Assembly: GCA_020891255.1 (NCBI GenBank)
Contig: BQFW01000005.1
Span: 1,240,001-1,304,000, forward strand
Direction: 5' to 3'
DNA length: 64,000 bases
DNA from: Entomortierella parvispora E1425
Lineage: Eukaryota; Fungi; Mortierellomycota
Made by a program: the position numbers and the translations under genes
Part shown: piece by piece, positions 11,889 to 22,743 of the stretch
Position numbering within the stretch: the first letter of the stretch is position 1
Layout: each line of letters starts with the position of its first letter
The notes under the pieces: generated by a model
Database searches by the model: none
Told to the model about the DNA's origin: nothing
The model's input: only the letters and a program-made list of their open reading frames with translations

Positions 11889-13265
11889 GAGCGCTCCTTT
11901 GTGACCGTGTCTTCGCTGTCAACACGAGTTATGCGCTCTTGGCTAACGTTTCTTCGTCTTATGCGCTTCTCGACCGCATTCTCTTCTTTATCAACACGAG
12001 TTATGCGCCCTTGGTTAACGTCTCTTCGTCTTAAGCGCTTCTTCGCGGCCGGTATCATCGTTGTCGACAAACCTTAAACGTTAATGGCTAACGTTTCTTC
12101 GTCTTATGCACTTCTCGACCGCATTCTCTTCTTTATCAACACGAGTTATGCGCCCTTGGTTAACGTCTCTTCGTCTTAAGCGCTTCTTCGCGGCCGGTAT
12201 CATCGTTGTCGACAAACCTTAAACGTTAATGGCTAACGTTTCTTCGTCTTATGCGCTTCTCGACCGCATTCTCTTCTTTATCAACACGAGTTATGCGCCC
12301 TTGGTTAACGTCTCTTCGTCTTAAGCGCTTCTTCGCGGCCGGTATCATCGTTGTCGACAAACCTTAAACGTTAATGGCTAACGTTTCTTCGTCTTATGCA
12401 CTTCTCGACCGCATTCTCTTCTTTATCAACACGAGTTATGCGCCCTTGGTTAACGTCTCTTCGTCTTAAGCGCTTCTTCGCGGCCGGTATCATCGTTGTC
12501 GACAAACCTTAAACGTTAATGGCTAACGTTTCTTCGTCTTATGCGCTTCTCGGCCGCATTCTCTTCTTTATCAACACGAGTTATGCGCCCTTGGTTAACG
12601 TCTCTTCGTCTTAAGCGCTTCTTCGCGGCCGGTATCATCGTTGTCGACAAACCTTAAACGTTAATGGCTAACGTTTCTTCGTCTTATGCGCTTCTCGACC
12701 GCATTCTCTTCTTTATCAACACGAGTCATGCGCCCTTGGTTAACGTCTCTTCGTCTTATGCGCTTCTCGACTGCGTTCTCTTCGTTGTCGACAAACCTTA
12801 AACGTTAATGGCTAACGTTTTCTCGTCTTATGCTCTCCTCGACCGCGTTGTCATCGCTGTCGACATGCCTCATGAGTCCTTGGCTAATGTTTCCTCGTCT
12901 TATACGCTTTACGACCATGTTGGCGTCGCTGTCAACACGAGTTATGACCCTTGGCTAACGTTTCTTCATCTTACGCGCTCCTTCGCGACCGCGTCTTCGT
13001 TGTTGCCACGAGTTATGCGTCCATGACATATGATTCTTCGTCTTATGTGCTCCTTTGCGACCGTTTGGCGCCCATGGCTAACATTTCCTAGTCTTACGCG
13101 CCTCTTGACCGAGTTGTCGTCGCTGTTAGCACGAGTTGTGCGCCCTTAGCCATTGTTTCTTCGTCTTATGCGCTCCTTTGCGACCGTGTCTTCGTAGTCG
13201 ACACGCGTTATGCGTACATGGCTAAACTTTCTTCCCGTCTTGACCGCGTTGTCGTCGCTGTCGAC
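11889..13265. repeat. Minisatellite: six near-identical 145-bp units (core 11941-12810) built from 72/73-bp monomers, with degenerate monomers on both sides
   Basis: GGCTAACGTT starts at 11941, 12086, 12231, 12376, 12521, 12666 and 12810. Each unit has two related halves beginning TAACGT(T/C)TCTTCGTCTTA. Confidence 0.95.
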
Positions 13266-13643
13266 ACGTCTTATTCGATTTGTGCAATCAGAAATTGCAA
13301 AACAACTAAATAGCGGGCGAAAAGAGAATGGAACACGGTTTTACACCTGAAAACAATATGATCCCTAGTCCCATGATAATATTCCCACTGCTCTCCATGG
13401 GCGTCAATGAAGCTCGGCTGCTCGGAATTGCACAGGTGTGACGCCAGGGTAGAACCGACTGCGCGCACCGTTTTCTACCGCAAGTGTGCATATCCATTCA
13501 CAGAGATTGTTTCTCGGCAGCAGACTGACCGAGCCATGGTGTCTGTTACCTGACTAGATATAGTTCCCCTATGATTTGTCAAATATTCTTGGTGCCGAAG
13601 TGCAGTGGGGACACATAAGCATGGTCGCGTTGAACATTTGATG

Positions 13644-13721
13644 AAAAAAGTGGCCGAGTGGTCTAAGGCGCCACGCAAGGGGGCAATATGTTCACGTGAC
13701 CCACGTGACCCACATTTTTTT
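13644..13721 (+). pseudogene. Decayed tRNA-Leu(CAA)-like pseudogene lacking the B-box
   Basis: AAAAAAG TGGCCGAGTGGTCTAAGGCG CCACG CAAG ... CGTGA CCCA CGTGA CCCAC ATTTTTT: intact D-arm/A-box, anticodon-stem remnant and CAAG, CCCAC before the acceptor 3' strand, no TTCGAA loop. Confidence 0.55.
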
Positions 13722-13789
13722 GGACGGTTGTTCATGAACTTTCTCTGCAACATCCTCTTCTCTTCATCAGGACAAGTACAGGAGACACA

Positions 13790-14290
13790 ATGGACGAAGC
13801 AGCAATGAGCCGTTTAGCATCAACATCTTTCCCTCTCATTCATGGAAAGGACGAGAGCGAGGACCTGGCTGGGTAAATAACAAACAGCTGGACATTAGAG
13901 AACTCATGGAACTCGAAGCTCGTGAAACTCTGGTGGAACAACTCGACTTTTGGTAGCTCATCCATGCATGCCCTTGTATTTGTCCATTCATTAGCAAAGT
14001 CCTTGAATTGCAGGAAGGGCTCAAAGGTACCGTTTCCATTCTATTCCACACACTCGACATTCAACTACGGTCTTGGTCGTCGAAAGGGGAACATTTGCTT
14101 TGGATGTAAAGACTAAATACATGACTTGTGGACTACGTTTTGCTGTCCTTAGACCTCCTCAAGCGCGTCGCCACCGTCCATGAGGAACATGACAAGAAAC
14201 GGGACGAGAATGTGATGCTTCAGCAATATATCGCCAATCTGATGAACTCGAACGCAGTCCGTGGAGATGCCGCAGCTGGCAAATAGGAAG
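13790..14290 (+). pseudogene. Degraded coding-like remnant of unknown family
   Basis: ATG at 13790 and protein-like stretches (LDIRELMELEARETLVEQLDFW*, LLKRVATVHEEHDKKRDENVMLQQYIANL) broken by stops. Confidence 0.2.
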
Positions 14291-14601
14291 GAAAAAAAAA
14301 AAGACCTCTATGAAATCTTGGGAACCACCCGACAAATATACCCGATCGCCTTAGACTTGCGTTGCAATGCTCGGTTTCGTCTCAAGGGACGTCATGGTTT
14401 CGCCATAGTCGCATGCGGTCTCTGTGATGCAATAACGCCAGGACCTGGACCTTGAAACAAGGAGGATACCTTTGCATCCCGCGGCTTTTGGTCAATAGAA
14501 TGATGGCCAGCAAAGAAATACACATGGACAATGGACGTACTTGAGATAAAGTCAATAAACGATACCACCTTCGTTAGAGTTGAATATTTTGTCTCTTTTT
14601 T

Positions 14602-16251
14602 TCATTGGTGCCCCTGGAACGTGCACACTCCCACAACGTCCACTCCTTGATTGGTGAAATGACATTCAAGAGTCCTCTTGACTACCCTAGAACGATGGGC
14701 ACAAGTTATATCAATGGTATCCAGTTTCGGCCAATTCTTTGTCATCCATTCCGCTTCCTCAATCTCTATATTTTGCTCTGTTTCCTCACTCAACCATGAT
14801 TCCTTCATCGCTCGCAAGGTCTTCAGATTGTCCAGACCACAACTCAGGCGTAGCTGTTGATGCTCATATCTCGCCTGCCCCTGTGCATGCCTTCCCAACT
14901 CTATGGAGAGGACCCGAAGATCAGTCAACTCTGCTAATCTCTTCAAAAACTCTGTCGAAGGCGGTATAACCAATGGCACTGCATCGGGGGAAGGAGAAAG
15001 CGATGTCAGATCCTCTTTGGAAGGAATCACCGAATTCTCTCGAACCACTACTCCGCCTCGAAACTCTCGAAGTTTACGGCACACCCACGGTCGAGGGTCC
15101 CTCTCCATGTCTAGCACAGAGATCCGATGAGCATGGATCTTCATTAGATTGGGAAATTCACAAAGGAACCGCTGTACCATCGATCCCTCTAAATGCATCG
15201 ATCCCCGGAGCGAAAGCGTCTCCAACTTTGTCCGATGTTTCCCGCCCTCTGATTCCAAAAGCGCCATTGCGCTCAGTACTCCAAAACTGGATTGTTCCAT
15301 GTTGAGATCTCGGAGAGGCCCTATGGCCACAATGATCTCTGCCAGTCTTTCGTCCCCAAGATGGTACATTTTGAGTGTCAGACTCTCTAGATACAACCAG
15401 TTTCGTTCTCGAAGTCCTTTTGCAAAGGGCGGATCCAGCATCTGTGCCGCTAGACCTACGCAGGTCCACTTTAGGGATCTGATCTCTTGACATTCCAGCA
15501 GTAACACATACTCATCTGGAGCTGGAAAGCAGCCCTCCATAACCAAATGACGGATTCTAGATCGCGTGGTGAGTCGACGATGCCATTCTGGTTGTCGCTC
15601 CCAGGGTTCGATCATGAGGGAAGGCCTTCCAAGATGGACCTTGATGAGCACCAACGTGTTCAATTGCATCAAGAGTCGGCCCGTGGCCTCGTTCATCTCT
15701 TCTAATGAAAATGCAGCGTCCTCGATTGTAAGGCGGGTCAAATGCTGATCTGTACTTGTGCTGCAGCACCCTTCAAGAATATCCCAGTTGGTTAAAACGG
15801 GCGAGGGTCCTCCCTTGAGGGCGAGGGGTCGACCCATATCGCGCATGTTGACAATAGTGAGAGACCAAAGCTCCCGGCCATGTCTCCGCACAAAGTCACC
15901 AGCGGCCCGTCGCGCCTTTCGGATTCCGCTGGGATCGTGAAACCCTATCTTCAACGATTGAAGATGAGGAAAGTAGAGATGTTGCTGCAAGTAGGAAAGG
16001 TCAGAGGTTTCCTTGATATCTCTGATGGAGAGGTCCTGAATCAGGTCTGCGTGGGGCGTAAGAGTAGAAACGATCTGGCTACTGTCCTTCGAACCGATCT
16101 CTGCCGAGGTCAAGTAAACTCTGCGCCACAGACAGGGTAGAAAAACACGATGCCATCGACGGGAAACTTGGATGCGGAGAAAGAGAATGCGGCTTGGTAG
16201 TTGATTCGAAATAAGAGATGCGACCTCTGGAATGCTTAGAGGATCTGCCAT
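14602..16251 (-). CDS. F-box-like / RNI-like LRR protein
   Basis: Starts MADPLSIPEVASLISNQL..IQVSRRWHRVFLPCLW (F-box-like); LRR-type LxxLxL repeats; C-terminal WVCRKLREF...GLDNLKTL...EAEWMTKNWPKL block. Confidence 0.8.
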   Translation of the reverse strand: MADPLSIPEVASLISNQLPSRILFLRIQVSRRWHRVFLPCLWRRVYLTSAEIGSKDSSQIVSTLTPHADLIQDLSIRDIKETSDLSYLQQHLYFPHLQSLKIGFHDPSGIRKARRAAGDFVRRHGRELWSLTIVNMRDMGRPLALKGGPSPVLTNWDILEGCCSTSTDQHLTRLTIEDAAFSLEEMNEATGRLLMQLNTLVLIKVHLGRPSLMIEPWERQPEWHRRLTTRSRIRHLVMEGCFPAPDEYVLLLECQEIRSLKWTCVGLAAQMLDPPFAKGLRERNWLYLESLTLKMYHLGDERLAEIIVAIGPLRDLNMEQSSFGVLSAMALLESEGGKHRTKLETLSLRGSMHLEGSMVQRFLCEFPNLMKIHAHRISVLDMERDPRPWVCRKLREFRGGVVVRENSVIPSKEDLTSLSPSPDAVPLVIPPSTEFLKRLAELTDLRVLSIELGRHAQGQARYEHQQLRLSCGLDNLKTLRAMKESWLSEETEQNIEIEEAEWMTKNWPKLDTIDITCAHRSRVVKRTLECHFTNQGVDVVGVCTFQGHQ

Positions 16252-16382
16252 TAGGATCGAGCGAATGAGATGCAACGTCCGAATGGGGAGCAAAGGAGAA
16301 AGAAAACACCCCGCAACCCTGCGCCCTTAAAAAAATGGCAAAGCTGCAACGCGTCAAGGTTTTATTGGAGAGGGTTTTGGAT

Positions 16383-18394
16383 TCAGCCCTTTTGCATGGC
16401 ATTCACGTCTTCTACTTTCTTTTGCTCGCGGGCGTATCTCTCAGACGGGATCTGGGGCAGCACAGGGGCTGAGCCACGCTGAGGAGTTAAAGGTAAAAAA
16501 CTGATCTGGGGTCTATACGCAGAGTCTTTTTGGACCTGGCGCCTCTGCACCCAGTTGGGAAGGTACCCAAAGATGATCTGCCGCAAAAGTCTTTCAGAGA
16601 AGGTCTGTAAAAGGAGAGAAGAGTTAGCACAGTGTTGCGCGAAAAAATTCAAAACAGAGGCGTCAACTATAACTCACATGTCCATATTGGAGCTTGGCTG
16701 CATTACGGCTAGCTTCATAACTCGCCTTGACATGGTCATATCGCTGTTTGCGAAAAGATTGGAAACACTTTTGAATGTTTTGGTGACTGGTCGGTTGTAC
16801 CTCGTACAAACAATTGCCAAGGATCACGGCGTCTTGTAATGCATTGACAGCACCTTGACCAGTGGATGGGAGGAGCTATTAAAACAACAATAAAAGACCA
16901 AACCCTTTTGTAATCAGCCTTCCTTACATGCAACGATCCAGTTTCAAGGTGTAGTAGTGTACCTTATGAGCAGCTGTGAGCGCCATGGACGAGGTGTGAC
17001 GGAGTACATTGATGTGAAGAACGTGTGTGTAAGCTTTGCTTCCTTTCGATAAAATAGGCGTTGGGGCGAGACATATGCAATAGCGCCTGTAAATTCCTTA
17101 CCATCGCCAATTAGCACCGTTCGCCCGTGATGCCATGTTCGATAGAGTAAATCCTCAAAAAAAACTTTGGAGATGACCTCTTTTGGAGTTTCCTCGATCA
17201 GTTGACCAACTGTCCCAAAAGGCGTCATATAGTCCTTGACTTCCTGAAGCATTTTGTCATTCATGTTTGCACTCCACTCAGAGTTCCTTTCCAGCTCATC
17301 TTTCACATCAGCCGTGTTCAATTGCATAACGACGTTCCAGCAGATTTTGTTTCCAGGCACTGAATAGGTGCACCACTGTGAAGATAGCAAATGACATTAG
17401 ACAAAATTCATAGCGCTCCCTGAATAACATACATACAGTGACATATAGTGACCATGTCTTACGGTGTATGGGCTCTTGTCTGCAATGACAATGGCCGCAG
17501 AAGAGGATGGCTTTTCAATGCCTGGGTACTTTTCTGGATCCAATGAACAAGTTGTGCCAACCAAGCAGGCATATCCCTTGGTCATTTGTCGTTTGTCAGC
17601 TGCAGGCAACTTGTCCTCGCTGTCCAACATCGAATACAAGTGATGGCGAACAGCACTGTGTGCCCCATCTGCCGCCACCAAGACATCACCCGAGAACGTT
17701 GATCCATCTTGGCACCGAACCATCACGCCTCTTTCCGATTGTGTAAAGTTCAAAACTCTTTTGCAAAGATGAATCTTGTCCGATGGGATTCGAGAGTACA
17801 AAATATCATAAAGCTCTGAACGGGTGAACAGGATGGTGTCGTAGCCGGCTCTGAAGTTATTACACAAAGCAAGAAAGAAAATTGAAATTAGTGACACCGA
17901 TGTTCCTTCTGGCGGGTCCGTTTGGAGAAAAATAATAGAGGACAGTTCTCCCTACATGGCATCATGGCCGACACTATCAAACTCTCCAATCTTGCTCATG
18001 TCCTCGTTCAGGAATTGGATCCCAAGTACAGGGTAAGACACTTTCATGAGCTCCTCAAAGATTCCGAGCTGCTCAAAGACAGGTTGGATGCTTGGAGATA
18101 AGGCCATGACAGCACCTACGGATGAGTATAGAGAAAAGATGAGTTGCGTTGGACTTTTTGGTTCTCTGCCAAGTTTCCATCCATCCTAACTCTACCCAGC
18201 GGTTTTATTTCCTTTGCTCGTTCCAGGATGACATATGGGATGCCTGCCTTCTCAAGGATGTTGCCGAGCAAGAGTCCAGCTAGGCCAGCGCCTGATATCA
18301 AGACCTTTGGTGGCTCATTGCTGACAACTGGGGGATCATCCAGATTGCAGCGAAGGTGGACGGGATCGTCAAGAGTTTCCAGAGTTGGGGACAT
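16383..18394 (-). CDS. FAD-dependent monooxygenase (FAD_binding_3-type), multi-exon
   Basis: KVLISGAGLAGL (GxGxxG), VLVAADGAHSAVR (DG motif), GRTVLIGD|AAHK|LLPSTGQGAVNALQDA (GD motif) reconstructed across GT-AG introns including the 11-nt exon 16973-16963; last exon ends at 16383. Confidence 0.9.
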
Positions 18395-18717
18395 GGTATG
18401 GTGAGTGAAGTTTGAGTAAATAGGAAGAGGAAAGGAGAAAACAAGAGAAAAAGGAAAGAAAGAAAAGTCAAAGCCAAAGAAGCAAGGAAGAAGAGAGCAG
18501 AAGAAAGAGCATCCACTTTTTTTTTCTTGTTTGGGGCTGGCTCTCATGCTGCTGGGGACTTGAATTGGCGCGGCGCTGAAGAAACAAGGGCCGAATATGC
18601 ACGCGCCCAGGTCGTGGTGCAGTGACAAAAAGGCATGCATGCTCATTTCTTGCTTGCTGACATTGTCGTTTCCCATCTGCATCCCCATTGTCAAGCAGCA
18701 GTCCACATCATTAAACT

Positions 18718-20226
18718 ATGACCCATCCTCTCGACATACCAGAGATTGCGCATCAAGTCGGTTCATACCTTAACCGCAAGACACTGTTTGCTTGCGTTCT
18801 AGTCTCCCACCCGTGGCACCAGTCCTTCCTCCCTTTGCTCTGGTCAGATTGCTCCGGGAACCGCACCGCGGCGCACGGTCGCCCTTTTTTTTCAGAAGTT
18901 GAGAAGAATCGGCACTTTATTCGCCATCTAAGCACATCTTATCTTGAAACAGACGTGGCCCTGAAGTGCTATCGAATCGATTTCCCTCGTCTGGTCCGAC
19001 TGACAGTAGGGATCCGACCTCTGTCCTTAGGGCCGATCACCTACACATCGTCCAGAAAGAAGTCAAGTAGTCTCCCCATTATCAACAACTTTATTCGGCG
19101 CCACCAAAAGACCTTGCAATCACTTTGCATCTATGTAGAGCCTCCTGGCCATCTGGAATGGTCAAAAGAGAAGCCCTTTCTGGAACTTCGTTCCATCTGG
19201 AGTCTTGTCCTCTCAACCCAGGCAGCTCAAGGAAGTGTCAATCTGGGCCAACAACGGTTACGATCTCTGACCCTTCGAGGAATTGAAATCAACTGGGACG
19301 AGCTGGAGGCTTGTTCAGGCTTGTGGGATATTCTTCGAGAACTCGACACGCTTACCCTCACGAACTGGTCTGTGGCCAAGACTTGGATGCCAATAAGAGT
19401 CGATTCATTTTTCGAGCCACTAGCCCACTCAAAGATTCGACATCTGGATATCCAGAATGGGGATGATCTGTCCCGGTACGAGAATAACCTTATATCACAA
19501 TGCTGTTCCTTACAATCCTTGACTCTGCACTCGAAGTTCAACAGCCATACGGAGCATCTATTCACCAATATGGCAGAGGGCAATCCATGGCCCTATTTGG
19601 AAGACATCGAGATCCACCACAGCGGCCTCAGTGACCAAGAATACACCACCCTGGTTGAGCGCATTGGTCGCCCTCTTCGACGACTGACTATCTCTGGAAG
19701 TGGATTTCAATTGCTTTCAGCGATTGCACTGTTGGAAAGCGGTGGTGGTCGACATCGAGCCTCTTTGGAAGTTTTGCGTTTGACGAATGCAATAATGTTG
19801 CAAGGAGCATGGACTCAAAGAGTCTTATGTTTGCTTCCAAGGTTGAAGATCTTTCACTGTTGTAGCATCATCGAGAACAAGGATATCAAGGCTGATCCTA
19901 GGGATTGGGCATGCAATCAACTGCAAAACTTCCGCGTAACGCCGAGGCTCACAACGCTGAGGGTCACATCCAGTCCCAATGCACATCCCGCACAGATGAG
20001 CGATCCAGCCGCAAATTACAGTCTTATGTTTAAGCGTTTGGCAGGGCTAACACACCTACACACACTGCAAGTGGGAGTGATGTGCTGCGACAAACTCAAA
20101 GTACCTCATGCGACAACACTGGCTTCCCATTTTGAAAACGACGGCATCATGTTGAAGTGGACGGAGGAACCCAAAGGTCTTGACTGGGAGGACCGCTGCG
20201 ACTGGGAGTGTGGAGACTTACAGTGA
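18718..20226 (+). CDS. F-box-like / RNI-like LRR protein, possibly C-terminally truncated
   Basis: MTHPLDIPEIAHQVGSYL..CVLVSHPWHQSFLPLLW; ALLESGGGRHRASLEVL shared with paralogs at 14.6 and 45.1 kb; lacks their final GLD..WM..WP block. Confidence 0.8.
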   Translation: MTHPLDIPEIAHQVGSYLNRKTLFACVLVSHPWHQSFLPLLWSDCSGNRTAAHGRPFFSEVEKNRHFIRHLSTSYLETDVALKCYRIDFPRLVRLTVGIRPLSLGPITYTSSRKKSSSLPIINNFIRRHQKTLQSLCIYVEPPGHLEWSKEKPFLELRSIWSLVLSTQAAQGSVNLGQQRLRSLTLRGIEINWDELEACSGLWDILRELDTLTLTNWSVAKTWMPIRVDSFFEPLAHSKIRHLDIQNGDDLSRYENNLISQCCSLQSLTLHSKFNSHTEHLFTNMAEGNPWPYLEDIEIHHSGLSDQEYTTLVERIGRPLRRLTISGSGFQLLSAIALLESGGGRHRASLEVLRLTNAIMLQGAWTQRVLCLLPRLKIFHCCSIIENKDIKADPRDWACNQLQNFRVTPRLTTLRVTSSPNAHPAQMSDPAANYSLMFKRLAGLTHLHTLQVGVMCCDKLKVPHATTLASHFENDGIMLKWTEEPKGLDWEDRCDWECGDLQ

Positions 20227-20290
20227 TGATTCAGTATCTGTTCTTCTCCATCTTTTATTTTGTCTATATCTCCTACTGTAGTTTTCCCAG

Positions 20291-20324
<34 letters not shown>

Positions 20325-20658
20325 TTAAAGATGCCAGTTGTAAAGGAAGTATCTACGTACTCTTTTGGGCACTTTGAGTTTGGCCAAAATGGACGGAGAA
20401 CAGATGACTTTGAACTTTGACGACTAAATCGGAGGGATACCCGGAAGCGGGCGAAACCTAGATTCAAATCATTTTGGAGGGCGGTAACATCCATGTCAAA
20501 TGCATGATATACCTTTTCGAATGTTCTGGAGAGCCAGAAGTAGTGAAGTCCAAGTTTTTCAAATTTTTTATTGTTTTATTGTTTTATTGTTTTTACTTTG
20601 CGGTATTGGTTGAAGATGCGACAATGGAGCCAGCAACCGCTATATTTACTTTGCGGTG

Positions 20659-22426
20659 CTAGGCGTCATTATAGGAGGACTCCTTCCTCCCCTTTTCTCT
20701 CCATTGCACCGTCAGATCTTTGAAGCCTGGACTCAGAATGAATTCTGAAGCAGAAGTATTGTTGAACTCTCGTGCCTTTTCCATAGCTTGGATCGCCTCT
20801 GTCGTCGTTGCTACTGCTCCTGTTTGAAACGCCTCTTTAATGGTGCTGACGATCCGCCAACGGGAATAAAAGTAGTTGTTGTGCTCATTCCAAAACTGCT
20901 TTTTACCCCAGATCTTGCCATGAGTTTGCATCAACGACTCAAAGGACTCCTCTCCTTCCCATCCCTTCACCCATTCCTGCCAAATGTCCGAGATCGAGTT
21001 GAGATGGCGAATTGGGAAAGGGAAGGGCTCAGCAGCGTCTTCTTCCAATGCAGGAGCAATCTTTTTCCGATTGTTGGCCGTGTACGTCTCGTCAGCAGAG
21101 TCATCATCTTCAGTGAAGCCCTCGTCATCGTCCCTTAGTGGATTGAAGGCGTCGTCGGCAGCATCCTCGTGCAATTCCTGGATGTCTGTGTGTTTCTTTT
21201 TGCCGCCTGCATTGCGCCGAGCAGTGATTCGTAGTCGAAGGGTTCCCAGTGAGCTTGGGCCTTGCTCAATGTTTAATTTCGCAATCGCTTGCTCGCTTGT
21301 ATATCCTTCCTCCTTGACCAAAACTGTGTACTCCTTCACGACCGCAGTACGAGCTGTATACGCGGACCAGTCTGTCGGGCGCCTCCAGTGAACACCATAA
21401 CGGCCGTTAAGGTCCTGAATAGCAGGTCCACCCCGAAAGCCGTACCGCCACTCCTGTAAAGCATCCTCCACGGTCAAAACCTCATGGTGCAACGGATATA
21501 CAGGGGCGTTGACCATCCTTTTCCTCTTGCCTCCTGACCCTTTCTTGAGCAACTGAAACTCCTCTGCCTTGAAGCTGGAGCGTTGGCTTCTGCCGTCTGC
21601 AACCCCTACTGCATGAACAACGTCCTCAAGATAAGATGGGTCGCTGTCGCTATGCACAAATGTATCCCATGTTTCCTTCTGCAAAGGCTTCTCCTGGTCC
21701 CGGGCTTTTTGAGGATCGGTCGTCTTTACAGTCGAAGATGAGGCAGCCCCTGATTGAATACCAGTCACTGAAGGCGTTTCCTTGAGCAGAGATGGTCCTC
21801 GCCCCTGAACTGTAAATTTTTCGTGATTGTGGTCTAGCCCATTCGATCCGGTAGCAGTAGGACCCCTTGGCTCTTCGAGATCGGAATATTCGGCGTCGCC
21901 CCCTTCCAACACCTCCAGCACTTCATTCCGCCCTAGCTGCATCCTCTGTATTTGTTGGTCCTGCTGCTCTTCTTCCTGCAAGAGTCGTTTTCGGAGCCTC
22001 ATTAGTGGTAGGATAAAGGATTTCGTCCCACAGAGAGGTTCAGCAGTGGGGTCAATGCTCAAACGACGTTTCGACTTTTCCTCCATGGGAACGATAAAAC
22101 CTTCAGAAAACTGAAGGAGGGTATCCAGAGTGGGCATAATATCCCATCCTTGTTCTTCGCACCACTCCTAAAAAAAATGGAAATAAAAAAAAATGTCAGG
22201 GGTTTAGATTTCAATATCATGCGAGCTGAAATAAAAAAAAAAAAAAAAAAAAAAAAAGAGACGCGTGTCATGTTACCTCCCAATGCACAAGACCCTGGTC
22301 TTCTTTTGCCAAGGACTTCAAGCGGTGGTTTCGAAGGATTCTCTTCATTTCTTCCTTGTCCACGCCAATGTCCATTAGGTAACGATCGATGACCTTTGAC
22401 GACTTTTTCTTCATTCCATTAGACAT
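20659..22426 (-). CDS. GCR1_C-domain protein paralog 2
   Basis: Exon 1 22426-22277 (MSNGMKKK...LAKEDQGLVHWE|GTAACA), exon 2 from 22167 (TAG|EWCEEQGW); two GCR1_C-like domains (LTVEDALQEWRYGFRGGPAIQDLN; FPIRHLNSISDIWQEWVKGWEGE). Confidence 0.8.
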
Positions 22427-22743
22427 TGCTTTTCCTTTGTTTCCGTTTTACTACTTGACATAATAAAAGAATACAAGTCAGCCGGATGAGCATGAGGTTT
22501 CTTTCTGTTGCAAACATCAGGTTTGTTCACCTCAATACGAATAGATGATTTCTGACCTTTTGATACAGTGGACGCGGCGTGATGACAATTGAGATGCAGG
22601 CTGAAGTGGACGAAAGGGGGCGACTTTTTTGGCCCAGCAATTTTCAAAAATGACATCGGTCACGTGCGCCCTTTTTTTTTTAGTCGATTTTATGATTTTA
22701 TTCTCCCAAAACCACAAGGGAAGCAAGAAAAGGGCGGAAAGGT

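Noticed and set aside
11941-12810. CRISPR-like appearance of the 145-bp array
   Set aside because: Units are near-identical over their whole length with no unique spacers, and the context is eukaryotic with no cas genes.
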